From: a virus
Length of the DNA: 64,000 nucleotides
Direction: 5' to 3' (one strand)
Virus record (IMG/VR): IMGVR_UViG_3300050190_000059
Span: 1-64,000 of that record
Shown here: positions 49,791 to 59,362 of the stretch, in pieces
Layout of the letters: every line of letters begins with the position of its first letter
How positions within the stretch are numbered: position 1 is the stretch's first letter
Notes under the pieces: generated by a model
Databases searched by the model: none
What the model was told of the DNA's origin: nothing
Seen by the model: the letters and a program-made list of their open reading frames with translations, nothing else
Position numbers and translations under genes: made by a program

Positions 49791-49994
49791 TTACCTACCG
49801 CGTTTGCGGGCTTTTCCAGTGTAAGCACGGGACGCGGGTGCAACTTTCTTGTCCGGGGCATTGTTCAGCTTTGGACCGCTATCTTCGCCGAAAATACTAT
49901 CCCAGCGTTCTTGACTTACGTTGTTGACCCCCCACGTGGCCTTGATCGCGCCTCGTGCGAGTTTGTCTCCACTTCCGATATCACCTAGTGTCAT
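49791..49994 (-). CDS. hypothetical protein
   Basis: Internal ATG of ORF 49791..50048, preceded by AAGGGAGAAG. Confidence 0.55.
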   Translation of the reverse strand: MTLGDIGSGDKLARGAIKATWGVNNVSQERWDSIFGEDSGPKLNNAPDKKVAPASRAYTGKARKRGR

Positions 49995-50169
49995 TGTCTT
50001 CTCCCTTGTAATCCGGGTGTTGCAATTCTTTTGGAATGTCCGCCTCAAGTTCTGCGGGCAGAGGCTTATTGGGGTCCGCTCCCGGCCAATTGGTCCGGAC
50101 GTAGTTCTCCCGCGTTACCGGGGTGCCCTTCTTTTTCAAGTAGTCCAGAACGTAATCCATAAGTCTCAT
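49981..50169 (-). CDS. hypothetical protein (candidate leaderless)
   Basis: 62-aa ORF. The ATG lies 6 nt downstream of the minus-strand -10. Confidence 0.55.
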   Translation of the reverse strand: MRLMDYVLDYLKKKGTPVTRENYVRTNWPGADPNKPLPAELEADIPKELQHPDYKGEDNDTR

Positions 50170-50175
50170 CCTTTT

Positions 50176-50204
50176 ATCGTAGCATTTTCTACTGGGGTTG
50201 TCAA
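50176..50204 (-). promoter_or_regulatory. minus-strand promoter, extended -10
   Basis: On the minus strand: TTGACA (50204-50199), 17 nt, TGC TACGAT (-10 at 50181-50176). Confidence 0.55.
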
Positions 50205-50212
50205 GCCTTATT

Positions 50213-51187
50213 TTAACTGTTCGACGCGTTAATGAGCGCGGGCGTAAAGTTTATGTTGGAGAGGTTCGTGTTGGAGACGACCACGTACGCTCTGCGGAGG
50301 TACACCCGCACGTTCGCCGGGTCCGTTGCCTCGATGATGTACTCGCCAACAGGAACTGTAAACGAGTAATTTCCGTTCGCGTCGCTGATCGTAAACAAGG
50401 TTTGAGTTTTAGAACTATCGACGCGAGTCGGCGTCATTTGAATCAAAATATTCGAGAAGCTAACGCTCCCGGACACGTTAACAGACCCCGCCGTCAAGCT
50501 ACAGATATCAACTGGCGGCTGGGTTGCGCCAGCGGGACACGGTGTAAGTAGCGACCCGTTCCCTGTATCACCGTTCGACAAAGTATTTCCGTTTCCCGAA
50601 CTATCAAGTGTAAGATTGTCCCCACAAAACTTCCACCACCCTACTAGGTTATTAGAACTTGGCGTACCGCCTAAAGCGACGGACGCTATCTGCGAGTCAG
50701 AGAGCACGGTATTGTAGATGCGTAGGTCGGAGAGTTCACCGTCGTACTGGTTGGTGCCGCCGTCGTTACCGATATATGCAAACCCGGCTGTGTCGTTTTT
50801 CGGAGTCTGCCCCGTTGGTACCGTGGCCTCCGCAGCGTAAGTGATCTCCGCGCCGTTCCGGTAGAGTTTCAAAGGACCGCCGTCCACTATATCGAATGAC
50901 ATAGTGTAGTGGAACCAAGTACCCAGTGTGAGAAGGTTGGTTAAGGAATCTGATGTCGCGGGACCAGATGGGTTGTACTTTATCTTGACGCCCATTTGTC
51001 CGCTTGAACTAATCCAGCAGACATCTGTGTAGACACTGGCCGGGGCCTTCACGAACATAGCTGGCTGGGAGTTCGGATATGACAAGGGCTTGACCCACAT
51101 GCAGATAGTCCCTTTACCAAGATTCCCGTATGCCGTAGACCCCGGTGCCGTCAGTCCCGATGTGGTGCCGTTTGTTCGTACGCTCAT
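50213..51187 (-). CDS. tail fibre / receptor-binding protein: LamG (concanavalin-like) domain + CarboxypepD_reg-like C-terminal module
   Basis: GTICMWVKP...GTWFHYTMSF...LKLYRNG...YDGELSDLRIYNTVLS (LamG pattern). C-terminal SKTQTLFTISDANGNYSFTVPVGEYIIEA. Confidence 0.7.
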   Translation of the reverse strand: MSVRTNGTTSGLTAPGSTAYGNLGKGTICMWVKPLSYPNSQPAMFVKAPASVYTDVCWISSSGQMGVKIKYNPSGPATSDSLTNLLTLGTWFHYTMSFDIVDGGPLKLYRNGAEITYAAEATVPTGQTPKNDTAGFAYIGNDGGTNQYDGELSDLRIYNTVLSDSQIASVALGGTPSSNNLVGWWKFCGDNLTLDSSGNGNTLSNGDTGNGSLLTPCPAGATQPPVDICSLTAGSVNVSGSVSFSNILIQMTPTRVDSSKTQTLFTISDANGNYSFTVPVGEYIIEATDPANVRVYLRRAYVVVSNTNLSNINFTPALINASNS

Positions 51188-53779
51188 TTAGTTTCCGTTC
51201 CATGAGTTCACAGCCGATGGCGTGAGATTAATATCCGTGTTGGCGTTCACGCCGTCTACCACCACGAGGACTTGAAGTCTATACACGAAACCCGACGCCC
51301 ATGCGCCGATGTAGTATCTCCCGACAGGCAGATTGGAGAAGCTGTAATTGCCAGAAGAGTCTGAGAGGGTAGTGAAAATCTGAGTTTTGCTGCTGTCAAA
51401 GTGATCGCTGACACACTCGACCAGCGCGCCAGTTTTGACAACATTTCCTGAGATGGCCCCAGAAGTAGGAACAGGAATGCCCGTCACAAAGTTCACCGTT
51501 GAGCCGGGGGCTAACAAGGTTCCAGCGGCTGGATTAGAACTGATAACGAGACCGCCCGAACCAGTTATTGTACCAACTGCGAAACCTTCACTGATTAACA
51601 GTGCTATGGCCTGCGCTTGAGTTAAACCAATCAAACTCGACGAGAGAACAAGGCCCGTATTGCCGCCCGCCCATAAACTGATCTGTGCATCAGTGAGGGC
51701 AATCGTGTTATTGATCTGAATTCCGGGGAATCCGGATGTGATCGAGGCAGCGTAATCCTGCGCTTGCAGAATCAGGAACCCGTTCTGGTAAACCGACAAG
51801 ACAATGCTGCCGTCACTTCCTTGGGTGGATGCAAGCCTGATGACATCACCAACTTGCACAGTAAGGTTGTTAGGGGTTGCGTTTGGATTAGAGAGAACAG
51901 TTCCTACGTTGTTGACTGACTTTCCGATTTGGAAATCTACGCCACCTGTAATTGTGCCTGTCGGCGAAGTGAGTTGTGCGTAGTAATAAGTGTGTGTCGC
52001 GACTTGTCCCAAAACAAGCGGGAGTATGAACTGAGCCGTACGTCCACCCACCATAGCGTGTACCGTTATCTCACTGTATTGGTTTACACCAAAAGATGCT
52101 CCAGTGTATAAGCCTACGCAGCGGCTTCCGGCAGTAGTTGTTGCTTCAACAAATGGTCCGGCAACAATTTTTAAAGCACCAGCCGTAGCCTGGGTGGTCC
52201 AGTTAGCAGATAAAGGCCCCACCCCGCTTGTGAACGCATCCACCGCAACTTGGGTGGTACCGTCTTCGTTCGTTGATACAATCGCGGCCAAGGTAGAGCC
52301 TACGGGAGCAAGAGCTAGGCCGCCTTGATAAACTTGTGGCCCGGTCGAGTCACCCGGCGAACCGACATAGTACATACCGACACGGTTCAACGTTGGCATG
52401 TAAAGTACCGACGTGGCGTAAGCACCTGATTCCGTTGAATTCAAAGACTCCCATAATCCGGAACGGTGAATAGAGTGATGAACGAGCGTCCAGTTAATCA
52501 AGTCGGTGGAACTGTAAAGTACGGTCTCAAGCGGGTCGAAGTTAGGGGCTGATGGGTTTCCTTGTCCCGGTTGGTTGGCGGTTCCGTACATGTAGTAGGT
52601 CGAGCCAATTTTGAGAACGCTGCAATCCATCCCGAAGACGTTTGCTAGAACAGGATTGCCTGAGTTCTGCATCGCCCACGTAATACCGTCGGCTGAAGTT
52701 GCGAGGTAGGTGTTTGGCGCACTACCTGTTCCGTTCAATGCTGAGAACAAGGCATAAAATATTCCAGCGATGACATCAGCGATCACTAGATAATAAACAT
52801 TGGGATACGTCCCACCTGTAGGGAGGTTCGTTGCAGTCTGAGCCGACCAGTGTATCCCGTCCGCGCTGGTGGACATGTAAGCCGTGGCAGAACCTATAGA
52901 AGCGGCTGGTTGGCCCCAGTGATAGTAAATTCCATTGTACTTGAAGACCTGACCGTTAGCGTACGCGCTGATGACTGGATTTGATGAATAGCGTGTCCAG
53001 CTTATACCGTCTGCCGACTCAGCGTAATTGACCCCGTTGAGATTAGTAAACCAGCCCTTGTATACGCTAGGACCAGCCAGAATCTGCGGATTGGTGTCGT
53101 AGATAACGCCCTGCATCCCCGTTACGCCAGTCCCGAAGTTACCACCCGAGGCCACTTCCGCAGCGGTGGGCGCGAAGATTACGCCCTGCTTTGTCCAGAT
53201 ACCATCTTGTTGAACGGAATTATAACCGCGCCACGATGCAACTTGGGAATTCACGACTGCGTTGGTTGCTGATTGGAAGAACCCCGGTGCGCCACCGGAC
53301 GGAAAAGTTGCGTCTCCGATATAGAAAATTCGGGTGCCGTTCTGATAAACAGCAATGACCGCCCCGAGTGCAGAGAGTGACCACACGTCACCGGAAGCAA
53401 TAGTTAACCCGGAAACCGTAGAACCAAGTTGGGTTGCAGACCCAGCAGTAATCTTTTGTACAATGAGAGTGGCAACGCCGCTGGCGTGAGTGATGGCAGC
53501 TTGGTATCCACTATTTCCCGACGTATAACGAACACCCAAAGTAAGCACGTTCGTTCCGGTCGTATTTAGTGATTGAATTGTAACTTCCGAAATCTGATCG
53601 TTGCCCCAAGTCAAGGCCGTCCACAATTGTCCGCAAGAGGTATTTATAGCGGTAGGTTCGGCGTAGAAGGGAGACCCAGCGGTAATCGCGGACTCTGCTA
53701 GGTTCGGCCACGCAGACCACCCCGCAGCGAGACTGCCGGATGCGAAATTGTCAGATGCTAGTAGGGTGTTGTTTGCCAT
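51188..53779 (-). CDS. large tail fibre/spike: jelly-roll modules + beta-propeller glycosidase-like region + PASTA domain + CarboxypepD_reg-like C-terminus
   Basis: Repeated SADGI(S/H/T)W blades (about aa 190-470). PASTA-like LIGLTQAQAIALLISEGFAVGTITGSGGLVISSNPAAGTLLAPGSTVNFV (about 51482-51634). The C-terminus is homologous to that of 50213..51187. Confidence 0.7.
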   Translation of the reverse strand: MANNTLLASDNFASGSLAAGWSAWPNLAESAITAGSPFYAEPTAINTSCGQLWTALTWGNDQISEVTIQSLNTTGTNVLTLGVRYTSGNSGYQAAITHASGVATLIVQKITAGSATQLGSTVSGLTIASGDVWSLSALGAVIAVYQNGTRIFYIGDATFPSGGAPGFFQSATNAVVNSQVASWRGYNSVQQDGIWTKQGVIFAPTAAEVASGGNFGTGVTGMQGVIYDTNPQILAGPSVYKGWFTNLNGVNYAESADGISWTRYSSNPVISAYANGQVFKYNGIYYHWGQPAASIGSATAYMSTSADGIHWSAQTATNLPTGGTYPNVYYLVIADVIAGIFYALFSALNGTGSAPNTYLATSADGITWAMQNSGNPVLANVFGMDCSVLKIGSTYYMYGTANQPGQGNPSAPNFDPLETVLYSSTDLINWTLVHHSIHRSGLWESLNSTESGAYATSVLYMPTLNRVGMYYVGSPGDSTGPQVYQGGLALAPVGSTLAAIVSTNEDGTTQVAVDAFTSGVGPLSANWTTQATAGALKIVAGPFVEATTTAGSRCVGLYTGASFGVNQYSEITVHAMVGGRTAQFILPLVLGQVATHTYYYAQLTSPTGTITGGVDFQIGKSVNNVGTVLSNPNATPNNLTVQVGDVIRLASTQGSDGSIVLSVYQNGFLILQAQDYAASITSGFPGIQINNTIALTDAQISLWAGGNTGLVLSSSLIGLTQAQAIALLISEGFAVGTITGSGGLVISSNPAAGTLLAPGSTVNFVTGIPVPTSGAISGNVVKTGALVECVSDHFDSSKTQIFTTLSDSSGNYSFSNLPVGRYYIGAWASGFVYRLQVLVVVDGVNANTDINLTPSAVNSWNGN

Positions 53780-56700
53780 TTATTTTGCCCCGTGAAGATT
53801 CAGGTACTTGCTCTTCAAAACTGGCATATCGCCCAAGTTGGCGACGCCCGATTTCTGGGTGTTGTCCGGTTTTAGAGTGGCAGGTTTTTCCGCGTTCTCG
53901 GCTATTTGTTCACGAGCGGTCTTCGCGTACGCGCTGACTTGCTGTTGCGCCTGTGACTGAGTGATCTTGCCGTCCTTGTACTTGCCCCAGATGTCATCAA
54001 TTGCCGTGCGATGGGCTGGGCTGGACTTCAGTTCCGCTGGGAAGTTCTTACGAACCTGTTCCCACGTGATCGATTGTAGCTGGCGCGGTTGTATACCGAG
54101 TTCCGCAGCGGCTTGACGGTAGGCCTCGGCATGGACGGCGTACGTGCCCTTCAATCCTGTGGCGGCGACGCTCAGTCTCCCGAAGTTGTCTAGTACCTCT
54201 GGGTCCTTTCCACTCAGCGGACGCTGGTGGCCCGCAGCCACGGCGTGCGTGTCGATGGTAACATGGCCGCCCGGGTTATTCGGGTCCACGATGTTGTTGT
54301 AAAAGTTTCGAACCTTGTGCGACCCGCCTAGGTTGCGGCTGATGTTTTCACGGGAACCGTCGTCGAGAATGTTCACGGCCTTCGCAATTTCATTCAACGC
54401 GCCCCAAGCAATCTTGGAATTGGAACCGTCGTTGTTGGTCATCGTGTGCGTGTAATCGCCCGTGCCCGGGTCTACGTACTTAAACGAACGGTCGTTGTGT
54501 GTCTCATCCCAGATACGAATGAACGCGGCCTTCTCCAACGGCTCGGTAAGCTGGTTCAATGTCTTGTCGCCAATCGCGTCGGCCATCCCACCCAGACCAA
54601 TCTCTCCGGCCTTCTTGTGGGCCTCTGGTGCCAACGAGTCGTCCGCATGCTGGTGGTAGATGTCGGTTGTGCGTTCGGCCAGCCCGACGTTCATGTTCCA
54701 ATCTTTTTGAGGCGACATCGCAGCTAACACGCCCGCGCCCTGCTTGGTGCTCTTGCCGTACTTGGAAGCGATGCGGTCGCCGATCTTGTTCGCGCTCTCG
54801 TACCACTTCGCGGTCGCGTCACGCGTCTCTTTCGGAACTTGGTTGTAAAGGTCCTTCAAGTTATTCTTAAACTGATCGATATATTTGCTGATGACCTTCT
54901 GCGGGTCTTTCAGTCCGTCCGGAATTCTCATCCCGGGCATCTCGCGAATCTTGTTCGCAATCTTCACCGCAGCCTCGGGTGTGACCGAGTGCATGCCAAT
55001 GTGGACGTTCTCGGTGTGCGGGTCGGCTATCGCCTTCGTGCCAGTGGGAACCGCAGTCGAGATGATTCCCTTCTGCTGGTCTTCGGTGCCTTCCGCGTTC
55101 TTACCGAAATTAAAATCCTCGCCACCCGTGCCCTCTCCGGTGCCGCCAGTTGGGATAGTCTCACCGCTGCCTAAGTGGTAGATCGCCTTCTGGTTCGCGT
55201 CCTGACCCGCCGCAACTGCGGCGTCACGGTCTGTGTGCAGCTTGGTGATATCCAGTACCGACTTCCCGGTGTCCGGGTCCTTCCACGTTCCCACGGCGCG
55301 GTCGCCCTGCGATAGCAGGTCCGCGTTGTCGGCCTTGAATTTTGCTAGAACTTCCGGAGTCAGCTTGTCGACTGACAGGGTACGGTCTGGGTGCGCGCCG
55401 ACCGAGTACAAGTCCTTACCAGCGAGGTTCTCGCCCTCTGGCGTGAAGGTAGAGCCGCCGTTAGCCTCGTGCGCGGCCACTTGATCGGTCTTGTCGACGT
55501 TCGACTGCTCCAACGCCTGAATCTTTTGCAGCATCGGCTTCACGTCGCTGGCACTTGGAAATTCCTTTTCGGTTGAAAGGGTGTTGCGGGTTTCTGGAGA
55601 GATATCCGCGCGCTCCATGCGCAGCAGCCCATTGCGGTCACCGTTCGCACCGAACGAACGTTGCATGGCATCAGCTTGCGCTGCGCTCACGCCGCCCTCT
55701 GGCACAGAGAATGCCAAGACCTTGCCGCCGCGTTCTTGTGTCTTATGAACACGAACTGTTCCGGTGTCATTAATGAAGTCGCGACGGTTATCCTTTTCAC
55801 CGTTCGCTGGTGCCCCGCCGTGCTCCTCAATTGCATCTTGGTGGTTGGACGGCAAGTCTATGTGACGTCCGTCTGATGTAATAAATCCCGCGTTGCGTTC
55901 CATCTTCGGGTCATCGTGGACACCGTACGCGCGCTTGATGTTGTCTAGGACTTCGTCGTGATTAATGTTCGACTGCTCCGTCTTCGGTTTGTCCGCAGCC
56001 GCGTACTGAGCACGGGACGCGCGTAACTTTTCAGCGGTAGCCTCTGGTGTGACGGTTTCCTTCGGTGAGAATCCAAGCGTGGTCCCAGACTCGGGGTCGT
56101 GGAACATGCGAACGTGGTTCTCCGCGTCCATCGTCATGCGCCCGCCCGGGACGCCGCCGCCCTTCTTGATGGCCTCGTCGTCCCCCGCGTTGCCCGTGGA
56201 ACGTTCCGGTGGGACACTCGGTGTCTTCTTTACTTCGCTGATTTCTGTTCCTTTTCCTGCTGCTGGCTTTGCGCTTTCATCAGCTTTTCGTGCTTCTTCG
56301 GCAGGTGCTTTTTCAACCCGTCCATTCTGTTCTTTTCCTTCTGCTCCGGCGTTATCGGATTCTCCTTCAAGTAATCCTCCATCGGGACCCCCTGAAAGAA
56401 CTCCTGCGGTGGTTGGTGTGTTGGCATTGTATGCTCCCTTTAGTTTTTTAGCGTACTCTTTCATACGAGTCGGACTCATATGGTACTCTTTGTCCAGACC
56501 CTCTTCACGCAGTCCCAAGTTTGCTCGAACTACGGCGAGTGCATCTGGATTCGACACGTGCTCCTTGGCTCTCTCGTACAACTCATTGAAGACCTTGTTA
56601 ACTTCGTCTGGGGTGTAGCCGCCTTCCTCACGCAGAATCTGGCGCGCGCGAGCGACGTCACCCCGTGCGCCAGAGTTTTGCTTCCAAGGCATGTTGTGGT

Positions 56701-59353
56701 GAACTTCATCAAAGGCAGGACCACCTAAGATACCAACAACGCGCTGATCGATTCCTTCCGACCCCGGCTTCGCACCAGAAACGTCCGTCTGTATCGCCGC
56801 CGCTGCTGGCCCGCCCTTTGCATTTCTCGCGTCCTCGTGGTGTTCCGATAGGAACTGAAATGGTTCCAATCCCTCGGCAACGTTAGCCATAACGTGACCG
56901 CCAGCCTCGTGTCCGTGGATTTGTTCGGAGGTATGACCTGACACGCCGCCGATCTCCATCGCTGGTTCGGTGGCATCCGCAAACAGTCCATGTGCAACGG
57001 CCTCGTTGCTCATGATGTCTTGTTTCTTTTGGTCCCTATCTGTATTAGATTGTTCCGTGGCCTTCTGTTCTTCCTCGATCTTCTCTTTCGCCGCCTTGCG
57101 AGACGTCTGCGCGTTCTCTATTTCAGCCTCGCCAATCCGCTCGTGCAGCTTTACGTCAGAGGCGTATTCGGGCAGTTTCAGAAGGCCGTACTTTCTTTTG
57201 ATGGCGTAGTCTGACAAGAACTTCGCTTCCTGCTTCGCGTACGACCCCGGCGTCGGTAGCTCGCCGCTGTACGCGGCTATGCTCGCGTGCAATTCAGTCA
57301 TGTCGTTCGGATGAACTGGCTCGGGCGGTTCCGAAACATCTGGTGGCAACTCGAACGCAGGCGGATTGCTCGGTTGATTACCAGTAGTTTCCAGATGAGG
57401 AACTTCGCCGGAAGTGTGGTTAACATCTAACGAGCGTTTGATTTGTTGAGAGCGAGTCAACTCGCCCGGAGCTAACTTTCCCGCAGCCGCATCACCGACT
57501 GCGCCCATCGCCATCGCCCCAGCCTCTGGGGCACCCGGAATCCCCGTAGCTACACCAGCCGCTGCTCCTGCGCCGATGCCAGCCTTCTTAGCGGCCCAAG
57601 CCAGACCCTTTCTAACGGAGCCGACTTCGTTACTTCCGCGCATCGTGGTGTCTGGTTTATTAATCATGCGTCCAGCGGCGTTCTTGACGCGGATGGCCGA
57701 CGCTTCCAAATTGCGTAGCTGCGCAGCATTCGCAACGCCCTTGTTTTCCAAGAGTCCGTACGTGCCTTCGCGAATAATTCTAGCTAGCTCGTAACGGCCT
57801 GCAAATTCTGGATTCGTCGCACGGGCTGTTGCAACATCCATGCGGTCCTTTTGCAGTAGGCCACGGTTGTCGTCGTTCAATGCCTTGCGTATTCTCTCGG
57901 CTTCGGAGATAGTTGGGTCCGTGGTGTTCTCATAATTTTCGAGAACCGCCAAAGCCTTCTCAGTGAATCCCGGTCTGACCTTCTCATCATCGGCCAACGC
58001 TTCTACCATTCTCTGTTTTATACTGGCGGGCGTTCCATCGTCATTCGTTCCTAGGCTCGGATGCTCGTCCTTGTACTTTTCAAGCCACGGTGCTAGCTCG
58101 GCCTCCATACGGTCTTGGTGGCTCTGCATAGAATCGTGAACCGCTTGAGGGCTATCGACCGGATTGCCAGTTGCGTGACTATTCTCCAACAACGGACGAA
58201 CCTTTTCCCGATCTTCGGACGAGACTGCAGACTTGCCGGGACCAGATGGAATAGCTTGTTCAAGGTCTTCCTTGGACTTCTTAATATCTTCCGCTGTTCC
58301 AATCTTACGTTTCGGTTTCGCCTTCTCTTTTGCAGCATTATCCAAATCACGCTGTGCCATCTCAACTTTCGCGGCGGCCTTAGCCTTATTCTCTGCGGCG
58401 TCCCTAACTGACTCGCCAGTGCGTTGTAAATTGGCGGTGGCCTCTGTTAGATTAGTTTGGGCTGCAACGGTTTGCTCTCTCGTGCCCTGCCCCGCTGTCT
58501 CGTTTTGGGAAGCAAGTTCTGCTCGGTGCTGGGCCTCAGTTACTTGGTTCATAGCTACTTGATGACCATCCGTTACGATCTTATGAATGGTATCAGCCGC
58601 GTTATGCTCAACCATCGCGCCGTTTAGTTTGTTTAGACGAACCTTAGCCGCAGACGGGTGCGCTTGGATGTACTCGTGTATGTATTCCGGAACCAGCGTT
58701 TGTCCAATGATGGACGTTACGTCTCCCGCTAACGCTCCCCAGTTTTTGTTCACAGTGTCCGTTGTCGCATTTTCTGCTGACTCGCCAATGAATGGCACGC
58801 TTGAAACAAGAGTATGTGCAGCCGCAAAAGCGGCCTTGCCAACGTTGGCACCAACCGGACCACCCTTTCCGATATTTTCACCAGCTTCGACCGCTTCGTG
58901 CGCGTCGTTGTACACGTTTCCCGCAACGCGTTTCGCGTATCCCCACAAACCTGTTGCCGCATCCACTGCGGCTCCCCCTGTCGGGTCTAGCGCATGAATC
59001 GCTAAACTCTTCTTCGAAGCCGCGTCCGCAGCAGCCGCTCGATACTCTTCTTTGTTCTTCGGCAAACCGAAACCCTCTAAGTTACGAGAGGTGAATGTAG
59101 GTTTTTCCGAAGGAGGAGCTAACGGATGTGCTGGCGATGAATCAAACGTCACGCCCGGGGGAACGCCTTGTGGCGCAGCTAACGGTCTCGCTGGTGATGA
59201 GTCAAACGTCACGCCAGCGGGAATGCCTGATGTCTGTGGTGCTCCCGCAGCATTGGGGCCGTTCGTCGCTTCTGCTTCTGGCAGATTGTCAGAGTCGTCC
59301 CGTGGGTCGAATGTCACGCCCGCTGGTGCGCCTGTCGGCTTTTCGTTAGCCAT
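53780..59353 (-). CDS. giant virion-associated protein (1857 aa; internal/ejection or polyvalent-type)
   Basis: Uninterrupted 5.6-kb ORF immediately upstream of the tail fibres. N-terminal 3x (P)xGVTFD repeats. Mid-region shows FtsH(M41)-like spacing with HEAGGH. Function not established. Confidence 0.75.
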   Translation of the reverse strand: MANEKPTGAPAGVTFDPRDDSDNLPEAEATNGPNAAGAPQTSGIPAGVTFDSSPARPLAAPQGVPPGVTFDSSPAHPLAPPSEKPTFTSRNLEGFGLPKNKEEYRAAAADAASKKSLAIHALDPTGGAAVDAATGLWGYAKRVAGNVYNDAHEAVEAGENIGKGGPVGANVGKAAFAAAHTLVSSVPFIGESAENATTDTVNKNWGALAGDVTSIIGQTLVPEYIHEYIQAHPSAAKVRLNKLNGAMVEHNAADTIHKIVTDGHQVAMNQVTEAQHRAELASQNETAGQGTREQTVAAQTNLTEATANLQRTGESVRDAAENKAKAAAKVEMAQRDLDNAAKEKAKPKRKIGTAEDIKKSKEDLEQAIPSGPGKSAVSSEDREKVRPLLENSHATGNPVDSPQAVHDSMQSHQDRMEAELAPWLEKYKDEHPSLGTNDDGTPASIKQRMVEALADDEKVRPGFTEKALAVLENYENTTDPTISEAERIRKALNDDNRGLLQKDRMDVATARATNPEFAGRYELARIIREGTYGLLENKGVANAAQLRNLEASAIRVKNAAGRMINKPDTTMRGSNEVGSVRKGLAWAAKKAGIGAGAAAGVATGIPGAPEAGAMAMGAVGDAAAGKLAPGELTRSQQIKRSLDVNHTSGEVPHLETTGNQPSNPPAFELPPDVSEPPEPVHPNDMTELHASIAAYSGELPTPGSYAKQEAKFLSDYAIKRKYGLLKLPEYASDVKLHERIGEAEIENAQTSRKAAKEKIEEEQKATEQSNTDRDQKKQDIMSNEAVAHGLFADATEPAMEIGGVSGHTSEQIHGHEAGGHVMANVAEGLEPFQFLSEHHEDARNAKGGPAAAAIQTDVSGAKPGSEGIDQRVVGILGGPAFDEVHHNMPWKQNSGARGDVARARQILREEGGYTPDEVNKVFNELYERAKEHVSNPDALAVVRANLGLREEGLDKEYHMSPTRMKEYAKKLKGAYNANTPTTAGVLSGGPDGGLLEGESDNAGAEGKEQNGRVEKAPAEEARKADESAKPAAGKGTEISEVKKTPSVPPERSTGNAGDDEAIKKGGGVPGGRMTMDAENHVRMFHDPESGTTLGFSPKETVTPEATAEKLRASRAQYAAADKPKTEQSNINHDEVLDNIKRAYGVHDDPKMERNAGFITSDGRHIDLPSNHQDAIEEHGGAPANGEKDNRRDFINDTGTVRVHKTQERGGKVLAFSVPEGGVSAAQADAMQRSFGANGDRNGLLRMERADISPETRNTLSTEKEFPSASDVKPMLQKIQALEQSNVDKTDQVAAHEANGGSTFTPEGENLAGKDLYSVGAHPDRTLSVDKLTPEVLAKFKADNADLLSQGDRAVGTWKDPDTGKSVLDITKLHTDRDAAVAAGQDANQKAIYHLGSGETIPTGGTGEGTGGEDFNFGKNAEGTEDQQKGIISTAVPTGTKAIADPHTENVHIGMHSVTPEAAVKIANKIREMPGMRIPDGLKDPQKVISKYIDQFKNNLKDLYNQVPKETRDATAKWYESANKIGDRIASKYGKSTKQGAGVLAAMSPQKDWNMNVGLAERTTDIYHQHADDSLAPEAHKKAGEIGLGGMADAIGDKTLNQLTEPLEKAAFIRIWDETHNDRSFKYVDPGTGDYTHTMTNNDGSNSKIAWGALNEIAKAVNILDDGSRENISRNLGGSHKVRNFYNNIVDPNNPGGHVTIDTHAVAAGHQRPLSGKDPEVLDNFGRLSVAATGLKGTYAVHAEAYRQAAAELGIQPRQLQSITWEQVRKNFPAELKSSPAHRTAIDDIWGKYKDGKITQSQAQQQVSAYAKTAREQIAENAEKPATLKPDNTQKSGVANLGDMPVLKSKYLNLHGAK

Positions 59354-59362
59354 GTTTTCCTC

